From Verrucomicrobiaceae bacterium (GTDB taxonomy: Bacteria > Verrucomicrobiota > Verrucomicrobiia > Verrucomicrobiales > Akkermansiaceae): DNA of 64,000 nt. Position numbers and translations under genes: made by a program. Shown one piece after another: positions 51,001-60,706 of the stretch. The notes beneath the pieces were generated by a model. It saw nothing but the letters and a program-made list of their open reading frames with translations. It had not been told where the DNA came from and ran no database searches. Position 1 is the stretch's first letter. Every line of letters begins with the position of its first letter. The stretch lies in assembly GCA_051252135.1 (NCBI GenBank), contig JBPOGH010000005.1, positions 32,001 to 96,000 on the forward strand, written 5' to 3'.

Positions 51001-52423
51001 TAGCGTCACCGGCGAAACCTTCCCCATCTCCACCACCGTCAATCAACCCTTCCCCCGCCAACCCACCTCCTACTTCCGCACCACCTTCGACCTCTCCTCC
51101 GCCGCGTCCGTCGCCGAACTCACCCTCCAAATCCGCGTAGACGGAGGCGCCGTAATCTATCTCAACGGAGTGGAAGCATTGCGCGAATCCAACGTCCCCG
51201 CAAATGCCGACTACAACACCCCTCCCGACTCGGATGCCAGCGACGGAAACGAAGGTGACCTCGATATCTACACTCTGGACCCCGCCCTTCTCATGGAAGG
51301 CACAAACCTCATCGCAGTGGAACTTCACAACGGACCAACCAGCAGCGACATGTTCATCGACATTCAGCTCCTCTCGAAAAAGGCCAACGACTCCAATCTC
51401 CCCATCCCCATCAACGGCCCCACCACCGTCAAAGCACGCAGCTTCAATAACGGCGAATGGAGCGCCCTCACCGAAGCCTCCTTCACCGTCGATACCGTCC
51501 CCGCCGACGCTTCCAATCTCGCCATCGTCGAAATGCTCTACAACCCCGCCGGCCCCAGCATGAGCGAAGAGCAGGCCGGATTCAACGACGGTGACATGTT
51601 CGAGTTCCTCCGCATCCAGAACACCGGAACCCAAAACATCGACCTCACCAACGTCCGCTTCACCGCCGGCATCAATTTCGACTTCTCCACCACCGCTACC
51701 AAAGTGCTTCCTCCGGGCGGCATCGCCATCATCGTGGCAAATCTCGACGCCTTCCGCTTCCGCTACGGCACCGGCTTTGACGCCCTCATCGCCGGCCAAT
51801 ACGGCAACAGGCTCTCCAACGGCGGAGAACAACTCCGCCTCATCGGACAAAGCGATGCCATCATCCATGAGTTCACCTACGGAACCACCTCCCCATGGCC
51901 CGTCCTCACCGCTCTCGATGGCCACTCCATCATCAACAGCAACCCGGTCGGCAGTCACGGCACCGCCGGCAACTGGCAGCCCTCCATCAACCTCGGCGGC
52001 ACCCCTGATGGCAAACTCAACTTCATCAAATGGCAGGTCTCTCTCTTCACCCCCGCCCAACTGGGCAACCCCGCCATCTCCGGTCCCAATGGTGACCCCG
52101 ATCAGGACGGATGGAGCAACTTTATGGAGTTCGCCCTCGGCTCACTCCCCAACGATCCACAAAGCTACCCCGCCGAAATCACCGCCGGAGTCACAACGAT
52201 TGGCGAGGACCGGCACCTCACCCTCACCTTCACCAGAGCTTCCTATTCCGGAGGCGTCGACTTCTCAGCCCAACTGGGAGCGGACCTTCAGAACTGGACC
52301 AACGGAGGACTCGTTCACGGCACCGAAACCCGGAATCCCGACGGCTCCATCACCGCCCGGTTCCGTCACCCGGCTCCCATCTCTGCCGGCAAACAATTCA
52401 TGAGACTCAAAGCCGCGGAATAA
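48032..52423 (+). CDS. Large secreted lamin-tail + CotH kinase-like protein
   Basis: Signal peptide, IVINEF, DWIELHN, IRYTTDG, DWPHNNW and WDAE motifs. Confidence 0.85.
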   Translation: MLRTFLLSSFILGTTHGQIVINEFSASTAERNLRWDANDQPFAGSGPAWWAPTFDDTDWIDGSAPIGYSLGSLSTNLFSTLRNVSPSFYTRTTFDVSAGEASSSSPLRLNINYNDGFIAWINGIEVARSNMGAPKSHIYHDQLSYVESTLSTNTQTFNLPIASSLLVEGDNVIAIQINNNTIDGNMRLDLELEINNPSGNDPHLVNFGSPLKYRPGLTEPSSDLVEPAALAEGPSDWIELHNPTASPVNLTGWTLSDAPNLISKWTFPSGTTIGAGGYLVILADDPDAPIPGATYLHSNFKLGSTGDDIGLYDASGTTIDELASEYPNQYPNYSYGRDPSGQFAFHATPSPGKPNTGLTFSGKADAPDFDNKGGFYDNPVSVTLTSQTPDVLIRYTTDGTVPTMTNGLTYFSPLSLAQVTNRKGHVIRARSFKDGFIASNIKTNTYLIGQDARLRTSPSLIYAGDPQRSLYDPFGVMAIGGGTYSNNQWQSSQPTDYNNVINRGQAYERPIHAEFYFADGTVGFRSDVGLRVAASSYSRPRMTLNQTASSPWPDNPTEKPSFNLYFRDDYGNPSVNLPLNGPARTFSKYERFRIRAGKNDIRNPFVIDELIRRLSHDMGNGASLGVINSLYVNGDLKGFYNMVERLREPFFQSLHSTDPNAQWDVLQFEGEDNVAEGDYVAWDDMISRLNASTTTANWERVLEVADVANMADYYLLNIYGATWDWPHNNWVAAKERSPEGRYRLYVWDAEGAMGLYNNRLASQEMINTYILGTSNGLGGQNGTEGELRDLWRGLNRWEEFRILFADRIHKHMFNDGILDDRDGDNSQVKARFDGLVDEFSDLLSIMNGQSVQTSRVTAWLNPNNGRRTYLLGPNREEFRDNDLWPETAPPVFSKFGGSVPQGGSLVITNEAGDYFYTTDGSDPRLPGGTANPNATQQAGSLIDVNLLPLGSVWKHNAVDGDLGTSWKNAAYDDSLWLSGPAPLGYGNVRDSVTGETFPISTTVNQPFPRQPTSYFRTTFDLSSAASVAELTLQIRVDGGAVIYLNGVEALRESNVPANADYNTPPDSDASDGNEGDLDIYTLDPALLMEGTNLIAVELHNGPTSSDMFIDIQLLSKKANDSNLPIPINGPTTVKARSFNNGEWSALTEASFTVDTVPADASNLAIVEMLYNPAGPSMSEEQAGFNDGDMFEFLRIQNTGTQNIDLTNVRFTAGINFDFSTTATKVLPPGGIAIIVANLDAFRFRYGTGFDALIAGQYGNRLSNGGEQLRLIGQSDAIIHEFTYGTTSPWPVLTALDGHSIINSNPVGSHGTAGNWQPSINLGGTPDGKLNFIKWQVSLFTPAQLGNPAISGPNGDPDQDGWSNFMEFALGSLPNDPQSYPAEITAGVTTIGEDRHLTLTFTRASYSGGVDFSAQLGADLQNWTNGGLVHGTETRNPDGSITARFRHPAPISAGKQFMRLKAAE

Positions 52424-52464
52424 GCAGGAATGAATCAGCCGTCAGGCTGATTCCACCTCGCCCC

Positions 52465-54291
52465 TCACCACTTGAGACTCGCGCCCACATAGATCGCTCT
52501 CCCCTGTCCCTCGACAGGGAGAAAGCCGTCGTCCGAGAGCAGATACTCTTCATCAAAGAGATTCTCAATTCTTCCGAAAAGGGTGAAGCTCTCACTCACC
52601 TCAATCTCTCCATAGACTCTCGTCACGATCCGGTCATCCGTTGGGAAAAATCCGTAGGTCGCGCCATCGGTATAAGTCGCTCCCGCACCCGCGCTCCAGC
52701 GCTCCGCCTCATAACTCACATCCACACTGACAATCCGGTCAGGCACATCCAGCACCTCCTCGCTGTCCTGCTCCGTCCACGCAACCCGGTAAGAAAATCC
52801 ATCAACCGGCAGCTCTCCACTCAACGCAATCTCCAGACCACTCACCGTCGAACGTCCGGGGATATTGTAATTCTGAAACTTCCCGCCCGGCACATTGCGC
52901 AACCCGATCGCGTTCTCCAAATCCTGATGGAAATAAGTGATCCCCGCCTGCTGGCCCAACACGTCCTGCTCCAACCCAATCTCGTAACCGACGATGTCTT
53001 CCGAAATCAAATTCGGATTCGCCGCCTGAGCCAAACCAAAGGGAGGCGTAAAGGCCTCCGATTCAACCAAGGTCGGAGTCCGGAAGGACTCGGACAGCCG
53101 CGCTCTCAGTCGCGTTTGACTCTCCTCGATTTCATACGCGAAACCAAGGTTCCACGCCACATCATCACCGAAGCTGCTGTGATCCTCATACCGGACCCCA
53201 CCCTCCAGCAACAAAGGCTCAACCGGCCTCCATGTCCCGCTGACATACGCACCCAAGGTCTCATAGTTGATGTTGCGACCATTCAGATTTTCATAATCGC
53301 TGTCGGAATACTCGATCCCGCCCGTGAGCTCGGCATCATCGCTGAGCTCAATCCGGTTACTCCAGTGAGCCGTCGCCCGCCGATAATCGGTCCGCACCGG
53401 AAACCCGCCAAAGTCGGCATCATAAGCCTCGTCGTAATACCCCAACGTCAACTTGCTCGTCCACCAGGGATTCACTTTCAGCTCCCCGTTCAACGCCAGC
53501 AGATTCACATCCGTCTTGATCGTCGCCGGCGAAAAAAAGCCGCCTCCAAAATCAGTCACCGTCATCAGCTCATTCTGACTGCCGCGATAACTCATCCTGA
53601 GAACCAGCCCATCATTCGCCTGCCACTCCAGCGCCAACGTCTCATACGCCTGCTGGTAATCATGAACCGGCAAACCCGGAAAGGGATCATTCGCCGTCTC
53701 AAAATAACCCAACCCCGCCGCATACGTCAAATCACCCGACTGACCCGTCGAACTCAAGGACGTCCTCAGATGACCAAAGTCACCCACCTCAATCATCGAC
53801 TCCGTTTCAGACTCACCCGTTCCAAGAGCCGTCCCATAACCCACCACTCCCGCCGAAGCGCCCGAGCCATAAAGCACACTCTGCGGCCCCCGCAAAATTT
53901 CCAGCTGGGAAATATTTCCCAAATGCCCCGCCCCCAAAAAGTTACTCGCCCCATTCGTCGCATCCGTGATGCGCACCCCATCCACCACCACCTGAACATA
54001 CTTCGTTCCCAAACCCCGGAATAAAATGGATCCCAGATTCCCCGTCTGCCCCGCTGTTGAGAGCCCCTGCACCCCGGGCGTCAATTCCAGCGCATCGATC
54101 AATCGATACTCCTGCCGACGCTCCAACTCCTTCGCCGTGATGACGTCCACTGACGAACTCGTCTCATCAACCGATTCATCAAACCGCTTCGCCAACACCG
54201 TCAGGGGCGGCAGTTCATCTTCACCATGGATGACCCCAATCGGGAGCCCCGCCAACACAAGCCCGCAAGTGGCCTTCTTAATATTAATCAT
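52465..54291 (-). CDS. TonB-dependent receptor, probably cobalamin transporter (BtuB-like)
   Basis: Plug motifs (RGLG..VVVDGV, EILRGPQSVLYG), C-terminal ENLFDEEY..GR..W; cobalamin riboswitch upstream. Confidence 0.88.
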   Translation of the reverse strand: MINIKKATCGLVLAGLPIGVIHGEDELPPLTVLAKRFDESVDETSSSVDVITAKELERRQEYRLIDALELTPGVQGLSTAGQTGNLGSILFRGLGTKYVQVVVDGVRITDATNGASNFLGAGHLGNISQLEILRGPQSVLYGSGASAGVVGYGTALGTGESETESMIEVGDFGHLRTSLSSTGQSGDLTYAAGLGYFETANDPFPGLPVHDYQQAYETLALEWQANDGLVLRMSYRGSQNELMTVTDFGGGFFSPATIKTDVNLLALNGELKVNPWWTSKLTLGYYDEAYDADFGGFPVRTDYRRATAHWSNRIELSDDAELTGGIEYSDSDYENLNGRNINYETLGAYVSGTWRPVEPLLLEGGVRYEDHSSFGDDVAWNLGFAYEIEESQTRLRARLSESFRTPTLVESEAFTPPFGLAQAANPNLISEDIVGYEIGLEQDVLGQQAGITYFHQDLENAIGLRNVPGGKFQNYNIPGRSTVSGLEIALSGELPVDGFSYRVAWTEQDSEEVLDVPDRIVSVDVSYEAERWSAGAGATYTDGATYGFFPTDDRIVTRVYGEIEVSESFTLFGRIENLFDEEYLLSDDGFLPVEGQGRAIYVGASLKW

Positions 54292-54349
54292 TTGCTTCAG
54301 TCTAAAAAATGAACCCCGAACTCCGCAGGCTTCCTCTTTCGATAACTCT

Positions 54350-54486
54350 CAGGCTGGCGATCTGGCTCATCCTTCCGAAGAAAAACTTACAGTGGCGGGA
54401 CCGCTCCGGAATACTCTGCAAATTGCAGATTCACCGGATTCCCCATTTATTTCCTGCCCGTGCGACGGGCTTCCCAAAAGCTGCCC
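54350..54486 (-). promoter_or_regulatory. Cobalamin riboswitch
   Basis: Minus strand aatggggaatccggtg...ccggagcggtcccgccactgtaa...gagccaga (B12-element core); boundaries approximate. Confidence 0.88.
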
Positions 54487-54704
54487 CCGTTTTACCGGCG
54501 ACTCCTTCCGATATCCTCCCGCAGATCATCTGGCAACGCGATTCGAACCAATGGACTTCCCCCGGGGCCCCCACTCCCCTCACTCCGTGTTTTTTTCCCC
54601 TCTCTCACCCACCCTCCACCCTTCCCCACCCACTCAAAAAAATTCGTTCGCTAATCTTAAGTAAGCTTTGTGATTGCCTCACCGTATGGCATAGTGAGAA
54701 CTCG

Positions 54705-55205
54705 ATGCGACGCCTTATCCTACCCTTCCTTTACGTAGCTTTGACCTCCTCGGTCTTTGTAAGCTGCTCGGGAAGCAAAGGCACACCCGACTACAATCCG
54801 GATATCGGCCCCTTTGATGCCGACGGAAACTACGTCGAAGCCTGGGCCGATAATCCGCCCAGCAAAAACAGCTCACGCAGAGTCAGCAACGCTCAGCCCG
54901 AAGTTAGGAAAACAACCACCCCTCCCGTGGTCGCCGTCCGGAAACCCGAGCCCAAGCCGATCCTTGCCTCCCGCCCGGTTTCCAAGCCAACCCCGAAACC
55001 GACTCCCAAGCCGGTGGCCAAGCCTAAACCCAAGCCCAAGCCGGTGGTCGTCAAACCCAAGTCCATTCGCCACACCGTCACCAAAGGAGACACTCTCTAC
55101 GGTCTCTCCCGGAAATACGGCACCACCGTATCCAAAATTCAAAAGGCCAACGGCATCAGCGGCTCCAACATCCGCACCGGCTCCACCATCCTGATCCCTC
55201 GCTAA
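54705..55205 (+). CDS. LysM-domain lipoprotein
   Basis: Lipobox FVSC, Pro/Lys-rich linker, HTVTKGDTLYGLSRKYG..I..AN LysM; start ATG 54705. Confidence 0.88.
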   Translation: MRRLILPFLYVALTSSVFVSCSGSKGTPDYNPDIGPFDADGNYVEAWADNPPSKNSSRRVSNAQPEVRKTTTPPVVAVRKPEPKPILASRPVSKPTPKPTPKPVAKPKPKPKPVVVKPKSIRHTVTKGDTLYGLSRKYGTTVSKIQKANGISGSNIRTGSTILIPR

Positions 55206-55210
55206 TTTCC

Positions 55211-56014
55211 ATGAAGAGCCTCGTCAGCGCGCTCCTACTGGCAATGACCCCTCCCGACGCACTCGCAGCGGAGGAGGAAATTCAAGGCGTCGACATCTCC
55301 CTCATTTCAAACGTCCGCACCGTTCAAGCCGGCACTCCCTTCTCCGTCGGACTCCACCTGCAACATCACCACGGATTCCACACCTACTGGAAATCCCCCG
55401 GCATCGTCGGCCTCCCCACCGCCATCACCTGGAACCTCCCTCCCGGCTTCACCGCGGGAGACATCCGTTGGCCCTACCCTGAACAATCCCTCATGGCCGG
55501 ACACCCCTGCCATGGCTATGATCGGGACGTTCTCCTCGTCGTCGAGATCACCCCGCCCAAATCCCTCACCGCGAAAAAAATCACCCTCACCGCCTCCACC
55601 CAATGGATGTGCTGCGCCCAGGAGTGCTTTCCCGGCTTCCAGGACTTCACCCTCACCCTCCCCGTCGGGATTCAGGAAAAGCCAAACCCCAAAACCTCCC
55701 CCCTTTTCCTGAAATCGGCCAAAGAACTCCCTCAGCCCGACCCCACATTCACCCCCGTCATCCGATCGACCCGGGACGCCCACACAATCACCCTCGAGCT
55801 CACCCTCCCCCAAAAACCCAAAGACCTCTATTTCTTCTCAGCCGATGGTCAAGTCTCCAGCAGCCTGAAGCAATCCCACCTCTTCAAGGCCGGTGGCTCC
55901 ACCACCCTCACCCTCGATCGCTCGCAATTCTCTCCAAAAAAACGCCCAACCCTCCCCGGCGTCCTTAAAGTCGATGACCGCTTCATCCTCATCGACCCCT
56001 CATACCCTCAATAG
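55211..56014 (+). CDS. DsbD N-terminal domain protein
   Basis: HTYWKSPG..GLP..I.W.LP, WPYP and WMCCAQECFPG motifs. Confidence 0.8.
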   Translation: MKSLVSALLLAMTPPDALAAEEEIQGVDISLISNVRTVQAGTPFSVGLHLQHHHGFHTYWKSPGIVGLPTAITWNLPPGFTAGDIRWPYPEQSLMAGHPCHGYDRDVLLVVEITPPKSLTAKKITLTASTQWMCCAQECFPGFQDFTLTLPVGIQEKPNPKTSPLFLKSAKELPQPDPTFTPVIRSTRDAHTITLELTLPQKPKDLYFFSADGQVSSSLKQSHLFKAGGSTTLTLDRSQFSPKKRPTLPGVLKVDDRFILIDPSYPQ

Positions 56015-56130
56015 CCCCGGAATCCGCTGAAAGTCCGGCCATTTCCCTCCGTTATCTCTTTCTCCGGACCAACTTAGCGCATCTTTGCCATTGTTCTCCG
56101 GAAAAACCGACCTATTCAAAAGCCCATCGA

Positions 56131-57453
56131 ATGTTTGTTCTAAAGAAAATGTTCCAAATTCGGGACAAGGCAAACCCCGAAGCCGAGAAGCCCTTCCTCG
56201 AGCACCTCGAGGATTTACGCTCCACCGTGACCAAGATCGTCATGACCTTGCTCATCTCGACCCTCATTTGCTTTGTCTACAAAGAGAAGCTCATGGAGGT
56301 CATCAAACGACCCGTCGAGAAAACCTGGGTCGCCAAACAGGAATCCAGACTCCCCGAGGACGGCTCCATCACCCTCGACAAATGGGAAAAGGCCCTGATC
56401 TACGCCGACGTCACCCCCGCTCTCAACTTCTACTCGCCCAACATCGAGGCCAAATTCTGGGAGCTCGAGGAAGACAAGGACCTCTACCAACTCACCCGCG
56501 CCGCCGTCATTTACCGCGCCGCCAACGAACTCCCTCCGGAAGCACAGGAAAAATTCCTCGATTCCATGCCCGAGAGCAATGCCCTCCTCCGTGAAAGGGT
56601 CAAGGAACTCCTCGAAACCAAGCCCATCACCGACCTCAACCAGGAAGGCAATCTCCGCATGATGGGCGCCTTCAAGGTCACCGAGACCTTCATGCTCACC
56701 ATGAAGCTCGCCTTCTTTGCCGGCATCATCATCTCCTTCCCCCTCCTCCTCTACTTCCTCCTCCAGTTCATCCTCCCCGGCATGAAAGAGGAAGAACGCA
56801 AAGCCCTCTGGCCCGCCCTCGCCATCGGCTTCGGCCTCTTCCTCGGCGGCGTCCTCTTCTCCTACTTCTTCGTCCTCCCGAAGGTTCTTAACTTCTTCTA
56901 CGACTGGAGCCAAAGCATGGGCGTCACCAACGACTGGCGCATCGGATACTACATCTCCTTCGCCACCACCTTCGTCCTCATCTTCGGACTCGCCTTCGAA
57001 CTCCCCGTCGTCGTCATGACCCTTGTTCACCTCGGCATCCTCACCTTCAGCGTGATGAATAGCACCCGCAGTTACGCAATTCTGGCCATCGTCATCATCG
57101 CCGCCCTCATCACGCCGACCCCCGACATTCCCACCCTCCTCCTTCTCGCAGGACCGATGTACATCCTCTACGAGATCTGCATCTGGCTCTCCTGGTTCTA
57201 CGAACGCAAAAAGAAACGTCAGGAAGCAGAGGAAGAAAAGGAATACCTCTCCAAACTCCTCGCCGACCCCAAGGACGAACCCGCTCACTCCGACGAAGCG
57301 GAAGAAGAAGACATCAGCGATCATCTCGATGACGATGATGACGACTACAAAAACTACCCCGGCGAACACCAAAATCCCGAGGAGAACCCTGATTACGACC
57401 CTCTCGCTCCTCCGGACGACGACATCCCCACCGCGGAAGAAGACCGGAAGTAA
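56131..57453 (+). CDS. tatC: Twin-arginine translocase subunit TatC
   Basis: PFLEHLEDLR, FILPG, FGLAFELP, ITPTPD and LYEI motifs. Confidence 0.93.
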   Translation: MFVLKKMFQIRDKANPEAEKPFLEHLEDLRSTVTKIVMTLLISTLICFVYKEKLMEVIKRPVEKTWVAKQESRLPEDGSITLDKWEKALIYADVTPALNFYSPNIEAKFWELEEDKDLYQLTRAAVIYRAANELPPEAQEKFLDSMPESNALLRERVKELLETKPITDLNQEGNLRMMGAFKVTETFMLTMKLAFFAGIIISFPLLLYFLLQFILPGMKEEERKALWPALAIGFGLFLGGVLFSYFFVLPKVLNFFYDWSQSMGVTNDWRIGYYISFATTFVLIFGLAFELPVVVMTLVHLGILTFSVMNSTRSYAILAIVIIAALITPTPDIPTLLLLAGPMYILYEICIWLSWFYERKKKRQEAEEEKEYLSKLLADPKDEPAHSDEAEEEDISDHLDDDDDDYKNYPGEHQNPEENPDYDPLAPPDDDIPTAEEDRK

Positions 57454-57491
57454 GCTCGCCCTCCTTCGCCGCCTTCCCTAGAATCCTGGTC

Positions 57492-58367
57492 ATGCAGTCC
57501 ATGACAGGATTCGGGCGCGGCGAGCACGCGACCGACCACTTCATCGCCAGAGTCGAAATTGCCTCCGTCAACCGGAAGCAAGCAGACATCGTCTTCAACC
57601 TCCCCCGCGAGCTGGGTGAGATCGAACCCATACTGCGAAAAGACGTCCTGAATGTCGTCTCCCGGGGTCGCGTCAACGTCTCCATCAATCTCGAGGCCGC
57701 CTCCACCGTCTCCGACTCCCTCGCTATCGACGAGACCCGTGCCCAAGCCCTCGAGGCCGCCTTCACCCAACTCTCCGACCTCCTCAACCGACCCATCCAA
57801 CCCGACTCGCACGACTTCCTCCGCGCCCCCGGCGTCTTCCTCTTTCAGGAATCCGGTATGGATGCCGACCACGCCCTTGAAGCCATCCGGCCCGCTCTCT
57901 CCGACGCCCTCGACCGCTTGGTTGAAATGAGAACCCGGGAAGGACTCGACCTCAAACAGGACTTCCAGGATCGCCTCACCATCCTCGAACAGGAAACAGC
58001 TGCCATCGCCGAAAAATCTCCCAACGTCGTCGTCCGCCAACGCGAGAATCTCCACAACCGCCTCCGCGATGCCGAAATCGACCTCGACCTCGCCGACGAG
58101 CGCCTCCTCAAGGAAATCGCCCTCTTCGCCGAACGCTGTGACATCTCGGAGGAAACCACCCGCCTCGATTCCCACTTCGCCAAATTCCGCGAATCACTCG
58201 AACTCCGTGAACCCGTCGGCCGCCCCCTCGACTTCCTCTGCCAGGAAATCAATCGCGAGCTCAATACCATCGGCTCCAAGGCCAATGATGCAGACATTGC
58301 CCAGCACGTCGTCACCGGGAAAACCGAACTCGAAAAAATCCGCGAGCAGGTCCAAAACGTAGAATAG
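57492..58367 (+). CDS. yicC: YicC/YloC-family endoribonuclease
   Basis: MQSMTGFGRG, SVNRK, DISEETTRL, GRPLDFLCQEINRELNTIGSK and EKIREQVQNVE motifs. Confidence 0.95.
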   Translation: MQSMTGFGRGEHATDHFIARVEIASVNRKQADIVFNLPRELGEIEPILRKDVLNVVSRGRVNVSINLEAASTVSDSLAIDETRAQALEAAFTQLSDLLNRPIQPDSHDFLRAPGVFLFQESGMDADHALEAIRPALSDALDRLVEMRTREGLDLKQDFQDRLTILEQETAAIAEKSPNVVVRQRENLHNRLRDAEIDLDLADERLLKEIALFAERCDISEETTRLDSHFAKFRESLELREPVGRPLDFLCQEINRELNTIGSKANDADIAQHVVTGKTELEKIREQVQNVE

Positions 58368-58369
58368 CC

Positions 58370-59014
58370 ATGCGCCTCCCCCTCCTCTTCACCCTTCTCA
58401 CCGCCGGACTCGTCGCCCTCCTCTCCTGCAGCGCTCCCTCCTCGTCTTCGGGTTACTCCGGCTCCCGACCCTACATCAAGGAAGCCTTCATCAAAAAGGG
58501 CAGCTACGGCAGACATCGTACCCGCTACATGTCTCCCCGCTACATCACCATCCACTCCACCCAAAACTACAGCGCCCAGGGCGACGCCCTCGCCCACGCC
58601 CGCATGCTCCAGCGCGGCGCCCTCAAGGGCCGCAAGAACTCCCTCGGGTACATCACCTGGCACTTCACCGTGGATGAGGACTCCATCTACCAATCCCTCC
58701 CCACCAACGAACAGGGACAGCACGCCGACTACGAAGGCCAGGGCAACCGCCAATCCATCGGCATCGAAATGTGCGAAAACCGCGGCAACTCCCGCTCCGC
58801 CACCCTCGACCGCACCGCCCGCCTCACCGCCTACCTCATGCGGAAGCACAACATCCCCATCAGCCGCGTCGTCCCCCACCAGCACTGGCGCATGATCCGC
58901 TACGCCGACGGACGCGACCTCGGCCATAAAAACTGCCCACACTTCCTCATGACCAACGGAAAACCCGGAGCCAAATGGCGCGCCTTCCTCCGCCAAATCG
59001 AACGCTATCTTTAA
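58370..59014 (+). CDS. N-acetylmuramoyl-L-alanine amidase (Amidase_2) lipoprotein
   Basis: Lipobox LLSC, ITIHST, WHFTVD, HA, SIGIEMC, H and KNCP motifs. Confidence 0.9.
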   Translation: MRLPLLFTLLTAGLVALLSCSAPSSSSGYSGSRPYIKEAFIKKGSYGRHRTRYMSPRYITIHSTQNYSAQGDALAHARMLQRGALKGRKNSLGYITWHFTVDEDSIYQSLPTNEQGQHADYEGQGNRQSIGIEMCENRGNSRSATLDRTARLTAYLMRKHNIPISRVVPHQHWRMIRYADGRDLGHKNCPHFLMTNGKPGAKWRAFLRQIERYL

Positions 59015-59931
59015 CCCTTCGTCGGGAAACACACCAGCGTCACCGGCTCCTCATTCTCGCCCGGCATCGACTCATAGATCTCAATCGGATAATGCTTCCT
59101 CGTCTGGCGAAATTCCTTCGCCCGACCGTGAAAAATCCCCGCACTCCACGCATTCCCGAGATGGTCAAAAGACCCGTAATGCCGAATCCCATACACCGAA
59201 AGTCGCGGCCGTCTTCCCGTTAACAAATCATCAGGTAAACTCGCAGGGGGAGACTTCACCGGAAGCGCCGCCGTATATCCCGCCACCTTGTTTCCGATAT
59301 CCCACTTGTGGTAAATCGAAAATCCCGGACCGATCACGTCCAACCCGATCTGGTTCAGATAGTCGGCAATCCGCTCAAAATCTGCTCCCATCCTCTCACC
59401 CAACTCAGCCACCGGACATTCCCTTTTGATTCCGATATATCGGCACGAACCAATCGAATCCGGCCCCACAATTTCCAACTTCGATGACACGTTCCCGGTC
59501 TCAACATGCTCTTTGAGCATCTTCAGTCCCCGCTCATAATCCATCCCCATCAGACCCACCATCAGCTTCTTCATGAAGAAAAGATAGAACGGCAGACTGC
59601 TCTTCATCGACCAGGTCACCTCCACCCCCTCCTCCCGCTCCTGGAAATCCATCCGAACATCAGCCTGCGATTTCCAAGGCTTGTAAAAATTCAAATCATA
59701 GCTGATCCACGAATTCCCGTCCTCCCCTGTGATCTCCATCGCCCCGCTCCCGATGATCTTTCCATCCCACGAATACGCCTTCCCGTCTTCACGAAATTTC
59801 AAAAGACATTCAGGCTCCGCAATCACCCGAGGCGACCACTTCGGCCACTCCCTGAAGTTGCGCACCTCGGCATAGACCTGATCGAGAGGGGCATCGATCA
59901 GGATTTTTTCGGTCACTGTGAACTTAGGCAT
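59011..59931 (-). CDS. SRPBCC + GyrI-like domain protein
   Basis: I.APLDQVY..V.NF..WPKWSP, DYERGL..LK and HYGSFDHLGNAW motifs. Confidence 0.85.
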   Translation of the reverse strand: MPKFTVTEKILIDAPLDQVYAEVRNFREWPKWSPRVIAEPECLLKFREDGKAYSWDGKIIGSGAMEITGEDGNSWISYDLNFYKPWKSQADVRMDFQEREEGVEVTWSMKSSLPFYLFFMKKLMVGLMGMDYERGLKMLKEHVETGNVSSKLEIVGPDSIGSCRYIGIKRECPVAELGERMGADFERIADYLNQIGLDVIGPGFSIYHKWDIGNKVAGYTAALPVKSPPASLPDDLLTGRRPRLSVYGIRHYGSFDHLGNAWSAGIFHGRAKEFRQTRKHYPIEIYESMPGENEEPVTLVCFPTKG

Positions 59932-59977
59932 GACGCCCTCTCTAACAGGTTGATTCTCAGTGACAAGAAATCTCTAC

Positions 59978-60706
59978 CTACCTCATCCACGCAAGGAACT
60001 CCACGTTCCCATCCGTCCCCGTAATAGGAGAAGTAATCACGCCAAGCCATTCCCTCCCCAACTCCTCCGTAATGAAGGTCCTGATTTTATCCACCGCCTT
60101 TTGATGACCTTCCGGATCCCGCACAATCCCTCCCTTCCCCACTTCCTCCCGTGACAATTCAAACTGCGGTTTAATCAACGAAATCACCGACCCTCCTTCC
60201 TCCAAAATCCCAAACGCCGAGGGCAGCACCTTCGTCAGGGAAATAAACGAAAGATCCATCACCACCAATTTCACCCGCTCCCCGATATCCTCCACCACCA
60301 GATTGCGCGCATTGAATCGCTCTTTGGAAATCACCCGCTCATCGCTCCGCAATTTCCAAACCAATTGGTTCGTCCCCACATCAATCGCGTGAACCCGGAT
60401 CGCGCCATGCTGCAACAAACAATCGGTGAACCCTCCCGTCGAAGCACCCAAATCCGCACACACCCACCCGCCCGGATCAATCCCAAAATCCTTGAGCGCA
60501 CCCTCCATCTTAAAGCCTCCACGCCCCACATATCTCGGGCGCTCCTTCACCGTCAGCACCACCTCATCGGTCATCTTCTGGCTCGGCTTGGAAACCCGCT
60601 CGGTTCCCGCCATCACCTCTCCCGCCATGATTAGACGCTTCGCCTGCTCACGCGAATCGCAAAGACCACGCGCCACCAAAAGGGAATCGACCCGTTCCTT
60701 CGCCAT
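59978..60706 (-). CDS. tlyA: TlyA-family rRNA methyltransferase
   Basis: S4-like N-terminus, YVGRGGFK, DLGASTGGFTD, LIKPQFE and SPITG.DGN.EFL motifs. Confidence 0.95.
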   Translation of the reverse strand: MAKERVDSLLVARGLCDSREQAKRLIMAGEVMAGTERVSKPSQKMTDEVVLTVKERPRYVGRGGFKMEGALKDFGIDPGGWVCADLGASTGGFTDCLLQHGAIRVHAIDVGTNQLVWKLRSDERVISKERFNARNLVVEDIGERVKLVVMDLSFISLTKVLPSAFGILEEGGSVISLIKPQFELSREEVGKGGIVRDPEGHQKAVDKIRTFITEELGREWLGVITSPITGTDGNVEFLAWMR

